From a virus (lineage: Duplodnaviria > Caudoviricetes): a DNA stretch of 40,981 bases. The notes below the pieces were generated by a model that was not told where the DNA came from, did no database searches, and saw nothing but the letters and a program-made list of their open reading frames with translations. The DNA lies in the IMG/VR virus record IMGVR_UViG_3300032212_000051, positions 1 to 40,981 of that record. One strand, written 5' to 3'. Shown piece by piece: positions 35,614 through 40,981 of this stretch (positions are counted from its first letter, which is position 1; the number at the start of each line of letters is the position of its first letter). Both the position numbers and the translations under genes were made by a program.

Positions 35614-36618
35614 TCATTTTTTTAATAATTCCACAATCGAGCTGACAGGTGTTCGGATCTTACTCAGGGGATTTGAGCGATCAACGATCTCGGATTTCTT
35701 ACGCGCTGCCAGGTGAATATATATCTTAGAAGTTTTCGGATCTGCGTGGCCGAGCAGGTCCTGGATCTTATCCAGTCCCTCATCACCCTCAGCGAGCTCA
35801 GTCCCGAACCGATGACGCAATGCATGCGGACCTAACTGATCGGCCGGGATACCTGCCCGGGTGCCATACTTCTCAATCATGTCATTAATAGATCGACGAG
35901 ATATCCGACGTTTCTCGCCTCGATACTCATGCGCTGCGACCTTCATATTCGCCACCGATACAAACAACACCTGATCACCGTCAGGCAACAGGCGATCGAT
36001 GTCATTCAGATCCGGGTGAGCCAGGTATGCATCAATCAATAATTTAACTTCCATCGGTGCCGGCTGTAATCTCTCTTTATCTCCTTTCTCTCTCACTCGG
36101 ATATATAAACGAATAATGCCGTCAATCTCATCATAAATTAAATCGCTCTGATTTAAGTTCACCAGGCCAGACACCCGCAAACCACAACCAGCCAGCACAC
36201 TCATAATCGCGGTATCGCGCACACCGAGAAACGTCGAGAGATCCGGCTGCATTAATAAAAGCTCAGTCGATCTTAACGAGGTGACTTTCGGGATAACGGT
36301 GCCAGTCTTAGGATATTCCAGGCTCGAGGCCGGGTTTGCATTGATTAACTTATTCTCATGCAAGAAAGCATAAAACCCTCTGAGGGCAGCGATCATCGGT
36401 CGACGTGCTTTCGGTTTCAAACCTTCCTTATGTGCAATCAAACCGCTGAAAAGTTCAACATGATCACGCTCAGCCGACAACAAATCCAACTTAAATTCAT
36501 CGTTTAACCAGGTTGAAAACTTTTCCAGATATCCGCGGTATTTATCGACCGTCGAGCCTGCCCTTCCCTGGTTCATTTCCTTAAACAATAACCACTTTTG
36601 AATCAGCTCGTCATTCAT
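35614..36618 (-). CDS. XerC/D-like tyrosine recombinase
   Basis: SAM-like N-terminal domain, GLRVS, KGDKER, HALRH, LLGHADPKTSKIY. Confidence 0.93.
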   Translation of the reverse strand: MNDELIQKWLLFKEMNQGRAGSTVDKYRGYLEKFSTWLNDEFKLDLLSAERDHVELFSGLIAHKEGLKPKARRPMIAALRGFYAFLHENKLINANPASSLEYPKTGTVIPKVTSLRSTELLLMQPDLSTFLGVRDTAIMSVLAGCGLRVSGLVNLNQSDLIYDEIDGIIRLYIRVREKGDKERLQPAPMEVKLLIDAYLAHPDLNDIDRLLPDGDQVLFVSVANMKVAAHEYRGEKRRISRRSINDMIEKYGTRAGIPADQLGPHALRHRFGTELAEGDEGLDKIQDLLGHADPKTSKIYIHLAARKKSEIVDRSNPLSKIRTPVSSIVELLKK

Positions 36619-36690
36619 AAATTACACCATTAATCAACGTGAACAGCGTCGATCTATTCACATACAAAAGGGAACCAGGGGCAAAACAAG

Positions 36691-37053
36691 CCGCGCACCC
36701 GCGCACCTGGTTATCCGCATATTTAAACCATTGAATTAAAAGAAATTTCTCTTTCAAATAACTGCGCGAAAAAACCCGCGCAGGCAACAAAAACCCGCGC
36801 ATTAAGAATATTAGAAAATACTTAACCCGCGCATTAAGCAAATGCTTATATTCCCTCCCCCCTTTATATATATCTTCTTTTTTTTCAAAGAGATAAATAA
36901 ATAAATAAATAGAAGGGTAAAAAACCAGCAAGGCGCAGAAAATAACAAAAGCCGCGCAGATTAAAGCCAAACCCGCGCAGAATGAGACCAATACCGCGCA
37001 GGCAGATTTCAATAAATTCAAAGACTTAGATAAAAATAGAGACAAGTGCGCGG
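36691..37053. repeat. Putative replication origin with CCGCGCA iterons and an AT-rich core
   Basis: CCGCGCA at 36691, 36699, 36776, 36795, 36827, 36952, 36973 and 36994; inverted copy at 37047; (TAAA)n tract near 36894-36909. Confidence 0.75.
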
Positions 37054-37194
37054 ACTCTGTGCTCTGTACCTGCCAGCTGAATAAAAAAACAGGCTCGATA
37101 TCTACATTTTTTAAGATTTTTTTAATTGCGCTAGCAATTTTATTAACCGGCTTAGTATTCGCTAGGGGGTGCGGGGGGAGTCTTAGCATAGAGC

Positions 37195-39972
37195 TTAAGC
37201 CTGTGCCGCCATTTCACTCTCAGAGGCTTCATCCATAACCTCAGGTGTTGAGACGTGCAGGCCATATTCGCCCAACCTCGGCAAACTCAATGCGACCAGG
37301 TGGTGCTCACGCTTCTTATGTATGGTCGCATCGACGCGATCTTTTAAAATAACCTCGGCTCGATCGAGCTGCTGTTTCAGAATGCGGTCTGTTTTAATGG
37401 GCAGGCTATTCCACATATCACGCAGCCGCGTCTCTGAGCGAATGTGTTGCATAATGTGATTTGGCCGGATCAAGATACACTCGATCGGCTCACCCTCCGG
37501 CGAATACGATTTAAACGTAAACGGGTGATGAAACTTACCCGAGGAAATTTCCGCGAAAATGGTATCGAGGATCCACACCCACGGCTCACGATCGGCCGAA
37601 GTTTCTGATATATGCGAATTCATTTCCGTTAACAGATCGTGCACAAAGTTACCGGTTTGATAATTAATGTCTGCAAACTCACAGAGTAAACGCCAGGCCA
37701 TCAACATCGACGCATAGTTATTCAGCATCCTCGCGGCGCCATCATCATCACCTGAGGCTCGACAATGCTTATCACAGTAATCCTTAGCCCGTGCATGCAT
37801 GTCTTTGATATCTGCCCGGGTTTTAGCGGCCAAAAAATTAAGCCACTGCAGCACCGGGAACCGTGGCAAATCGTCGGGTAAAATATCGCCCTTTTTGCCA
37901 CTCAAATCGGTGCGCACTACTTTACCGAGCAAACTTTGCACCGGCACATCCTCACCCGCTAACAACACCGCGGCCGACTGTAAATATTCCGTCATATCCG
38001 AGCCGCGTTTCGTCATCGTGCTCTGATAACATTCCTGCAGCATCGACACCGCTTTGTCGATCACGTCCTGGCGACGTGCTGAAATTTCCTCCCAGCCAAC
38101 CGGGTGAGAGGTGTGAGAGATACTGGTTAATAAACGAAATTCAGTCTGCAGGCTTTGCCCTGAAAACATAGTAAAGCCGATTGAGCTTTCCATTTTCTGC
38201 ACTAGCGTCGACTTACCGGCGCCTTTGTTTGCCTGTAATACCATGTGAGGCCAGAAACCGAGAAAGGCTTTTAAATGTGCTCCCAGTGACCACACCAGCA
38301 ACAAACTCGCGGCATTCTGTTTAAATGTTGCCTGATATGCATCGATCACGCGTTTCGCGTCATACTGAGAGCCCGAGGGAAAGGTTAGATTATAGTAAGG
38401 ACATTGTTTTTCCGGTTCAGAAAAATAACAATCTGGCCCCTCGTTTACTTTCGGTTTGCCATCCTGCCAGGCAAGGCCGACAAAGTTGATCGCGTTACGC
38501 GCACCTAAATCCGCGGCCCGCTCTAAAATATTTATTAACCGAGAAAACCCGGCGGCTGAATAAATAGGCCCAAACTTTCGCCACTGATCCGGATTGTGCA
38601 GGCGCTCATCATCAAACACCTTTCTCAGCAACTTATTACCATGGCGCGGGATCTGCACGGTCACCGAAAACTGAACGCGTGGCATTAAATCAGGTTCACC
38701 ACTCATTACACTTTTTGAGCTCGCGATCGACACCCGAGAAATCGACGCCACACGAAAACCACAAAGGTCCGTATGCACCTCATATTCCTCGCCGGTCTCT
38801 TTATCTTTTTTCGTGCTGATTAAGCTGGTGAAATCTTCCTGACAACGAAAGCGCCAGTATTTTGCATAGTCATGCGAGGGTAAATATAAACGAGCACGGC
38901 CGTTATACTCATCATTAGGATCATACTTACCCGGCATACCAGGTATCGCCCACTGCTCAAGCTGAGCGAGGTGAGTTTGTAATGGCCGGGGGCCGACATC
39001 TTTTAAAATGTCATTCACATCATTATATTTAAACTCTTTCCACGGCTCATGATCGACAATATGCGTCGCAATATTCAACGCGGTTAACTTGTCATACAAA
39101 GCCCAGGCGGCCTCGGTGCCGGCTCGCTTGCCAAACTCATCCGGTAAGTCGTTATCCATTCCCAGGATAACCCGCTTCCCGATTAAAAAACGAAAGTCCA
39201 TAGAGCGAATATTCGTCGCTCCGCGAATCGCCACCGCGGTCGATTTAGGAATATTGCAATCCTCAATCGATAACGCATTAATCGGCGACTCGACCAGGTA
39301 CACCGTCTCGGCCGCTTTGAGTTTCTGTAAATCCAAATACCAGGGGTAATCCGTTTTTTCACCCTGACACTGGGTTTTAACACCGCCATTTAATTCGGGA
39401 TCAAAGTAACGCATATCAACCGCCATCACCCGGCCCGGGTTCATCGATCGTGTAATGAATGCCACACCCGGCCCACCGTGACCATATTTGCCCGCGGGAA
39501 TCGGCAGCTTAGATTTTTTGTCAGTGCCAATATGATCATTAAAGCCGACGGCTTTTTTCTTAATTGCCAGCTCTACGATCTCTTTCGATAAGCCTCGGCC
39601 GGTTAAATACTCAATCGCCGGCGCCGTGTTCTGAAAACATTTATCAGCAATAAACTGAGCAAGTGATTTTTGTTGCGGCTCATTCCGTTGCGGTCGATCC
39701 ATCGGGATCCCGTAAATTTCATGTAGCCAGCGAATAGCCTCGGCCGCTTCCACCTGGTTAACATACATCACCAGGTCAATGCAGGATCCGGCCTCACCGT
39801 CGCCACCGTGATCCTTCCACTTCGTGCCGTTAGCATAAACCGACAGCGACGGCGCTTTTTCCTTGCGGTGAGGCGCTAAATAATTTGTATTTCCTGCAGG
39901 TTTAACAAGCCCGAGCTTTGCTGCAAGATCATCGAGGTCGATCTGATTTTTTAATTCAGTAATGGAAGCCAT
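37195..39972 (-). CDS. Primase-helicase (degenerate zinc-finger-like N-terminus, TOPRIM, P-loop NTPase)
   Basis: PSLSVY...IDLV; LVESPINALS, MDND, DVND; QANKGAGKST. Confidence 0.88.
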   Translation of the reverse strand: MASITELKNQIDLDDLAAKLGLVKPAGNTNYLAPHRKEKAPSLSVYANGTKWKDHGGDGEAGSCIDLVMYVNQVEAAEAIRWLHEIYGIPMDRPQRNEPQQKSLAQFIADKCFQNTAPAIEYLTGRGLSKEIVELAIKKKAVGFNDHIGTDKKSKLPIPAGKYGHGGPGVAFITRSMNPGRVMAVDMRYFDPELNGGVKTQCQGEKTDYPWYLDLQKLKAAETVYLVESPINALSIEDCNIPKSTAVAIRGATNIRSMDFRFLIGKRVILGMDNDLPDEFGKRAGTEAAWALYDKLTALNIATHIVDHEPWKEFKYNDVNDILKDVGPRPLQTHLAQLEQWAIPGMPGKYDPNDEYNGRARLYLPSHDYAKYWRFRCQEDFTSLISTKKDKETGEEYEVHTDLCGFRVASISRVSIASSKSVMSGEPDLMPRVQFSVTVQIPRHGNKLLRKVFDDERLHNPDQWRKFGPIYSAAGFSRLINILERAADLGARNAINFVGLAWQDGKPKVNEGPDCYFSEPEKQCPYYNLTFPSGSQYDAKRVIDAYQATFKQNAASLLLVWSLGAHLKAFLGFWPHMVLQANKGAGKSTLVQKMESSIGFTMFSGQSLQTEFRLLTSISHTSHPVGWEEISARRQDVIDKAVSMLQECYQSTMTKRGSDMTEYLQSAAVLLAGEDVPVQSLLGKVVRTDLSGKKGDILPDDLPRFPVLQWLNFLAAKTRADIKDMHARAKDYCDKHCRASGDDDGAARMLNNYASMLMAWRLLCEFADINYQTGNFVHDLLTEMNSHISETSADREPWVWILDTIFAEISSGKFHHPFTFKSYSPEGEPIECILIRPNHIMQHIRSETRLRDMWNSLPIKTDRILKQQLDRAEVILKDRVDATIHKKREHHLVALSLPRLGEYGLHVSTPEVMDEASESEMAAQA

Positions 39973-39984
39973 AAAAATCTCAGT

Positions 39985-40302
39985 TTATTGTTTTCGTTTA
40001 AATCGCTTAACGCGTTTTTTATTTACATCAGGTTTCTGGAATTGTTGCGGGGTATAAAATAGCTTGTCGGTGCCATTTTTCAATCGAGTTAGTTTTAACT
40101 TTGCGGCGAGAATAATTTGACGTGCCTCGATAGACGACACCCAGTTATACGCTAAATCGCAATATTTCATCCCGGCGTCAATCTGCCCGGCACTGATAAT
40201 ACTTTTGCAAACGGTTAGCGTTTTAAACACCAGGTCCTTTTCAGTCATCAAACATTTCCTCATTAAAAAACTCATCATCATTAGAAATCGGACTGATATC
40301 AT
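39985..40302 (-). CDS. Hypothetical protein (likely start MTEKD near 40248)
   Basis: GAGG RBS upstream of the internal Met; operon orientation. Confidence 0.55.
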   Translation of the reverse strand: MISVRFLMMMSFLMRKCLMTEKDLVFKTLTVCKSIISAGQIDAGMKYCDLAYNWVSSIEARQIILAAKLKLTRLKNGTDKLFYTPQQFQKPDVNKKRVKRFKRKQ

Positions 40303-40471
40303 CTATCGTTCCGTCAGCAAACTCTCTGCCACAGCACCGACAAAAACATAACGAATAGGCTGTTAAAGCCGCACAGGGATAATCGTGGCCTTTTAAAAAA
40401 CAAATAACCCGTTTTACTGTGCGATTGGCTTTATGTAGTAACGTTATCAACAGAAATAAAATTGATTTCAT
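40241..40471 (-). CDS. Small Cys/His protein (C..GH...C..C)
   Basis: ICFLKGHDY...CRCCG; ATGA overlap. Confidence 0.6.
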   Translation of the reverse strand: MKSILFLLITLLHKANRTVKRVICFLKGHDYPCAALTAYSLCFCRCCGREFADGTIDDISPISNDDEFFNEEMFDD

Positions 40472-40665
40472 TCACTCACCTTTTCAATCGGCTGAGTGCT
40501 GATATCTTCCATACAAACGACAGATACCGACTCGGTATCAATCGGAAAAACAATCGCCGGATACCCATCCTTAAAACAGTTAATCGCCTTATCCATTACA
40601 TCGTCACAGTTAAGAGCCGATTCGCATCCAGACAACAATAAAAACAAAACAACTAAATAACGCAT
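40468..40665 (-). CDS. Small lipoprotein
   Basis: MRYLVVLFLLLSGC lipobox; AGGAG RBS. Confidence 0.7.
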   Translation of the reverse strand: MRYLVVLFLLLSGCESALNCDDVMDKAINCFKDGYPAIVFPIDTESVSVVCMEDISTQPIEKVSE

Positions 40666-40690
40666 ATAAATCTCCTTGTTTCAGTGATTA

Positions 40691-40981
40691 TTAATAATGT
40701 TCTTCATGATCTTTTGTGGTTTTTCCAGCCTGTGTCTGATAAACAAAATAGGCCTGACTAAGATATTCGTCTTTATGTCTCGATATATAATTTATAATGT
40801 CCACGCCATTCTCACCCGCTGTTTTCCCAGCAACCGCGCAGCACATTAACGAGGCTAATTTTTCAATTGATATCGTAACGGTTTGATCAATATCAACCGG
40901 CGAAAACTCGACCAGGCAACGACCATCAGGCCGTGGCCAAGCAGGACATTTTGAATTAGCTTTAATGCATAGTTTGCAACT
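40691..40981 (-). CDS. 99-aa hypothetical protein spanning the circular junction (starts at 136, ends at 40691)
   Basis: MISSCKLCIK...KDHEEHY reads without a stop across 136..1 joined to 40854..40691. Confidence 0.65.
   Translation of the reverse strand, partial: SCKLCIKANSKCPAWPRPDGRCLVEFSPVDIDQTVTISIEKLASLMCCAVAGKTAGENGVDIINYISRHKDEYLSQAYFVYQTQAGKTTKDHEEHY
40855..40981. repeat. Terminal direct repeat, copy 2
   Basis: Identical to 1-127. Confidence 0.95.

Noticed and set aside
35390-35617. 75-aa ORF as a real gene, or a Xer dif site in this interval
   Set aside because: No protein motif, and the ORF overlaps the repeat/IHF array (though its ATGA overlaps mean it cannot be excluded); no CATAA-N6-TTATG dif core found
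36691-37000. CRISPR or guide-RNA array
   Set aside because: Repeats are only 7-15 bp with short irregular spacers, and no cas or RT gene is present
36611-37189. 192-aa hydrophobic ORF
   Set aside because: Low-complexity translation of the iterons and AT tract (repeated CA/RV/RG); more likely a non-coding origin
7184-39349. Numerous plus-strand ORFs antisense to structural and replication genes (e.g. 23957-24538, 8472-8813, 32675-33028)
   Set aside because: Shadow ORFs overlapping well-supported minus-strand genes, without recognisable motifs

Overview
The window is an apparently complete, circular ~40.85-kb temperate siphophage genome. Bases 1-127 are repeated exactly at 40855-40981, and an ORF reads through that junction. 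The host is probably a proteobacterium (inference). Almost all genes are on the minus strand. The order is: RHH regulator, 186/P2-type CII, small early genes including a catalytic-domain-only tyrosine recombinase, HNH protein, primase-helicase, iteron-rich origin, XerC-like tyrosine recombinase, Mor/C-like activator, large serine recombinase, terminase, portal, MuF with a JAB-like extension, an accessory adhesin/decoration island, a Mu-like protease-scaffold-capsid fusion, neck, and a lambda-like non-contractile tail. A short AT-rich plus-strand island (4473-6753) carries a CI-like repressor, a lipoprotein and a frameshifted SDH/Clp-fold serine protease cassette. The most notable observations are: (1) three site-specific recombinases in one phage; (2) a tRNA-Asn-like 3' end (candidate attP) hidden inside the last codons of the serine recombinase, just upstream of the terminase promoter; (3) a 38-bp late-promoter motif present three times; (4) a candidate MuF toxin-immunity pair; (5) a structured intergenic RNA candidate; (6) a protease frameshift that one extra 11-bp repeat unit would repair; (7) no recognisable endolysin. 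All protein family calls come from motif recognition by eye. No database searches were run.
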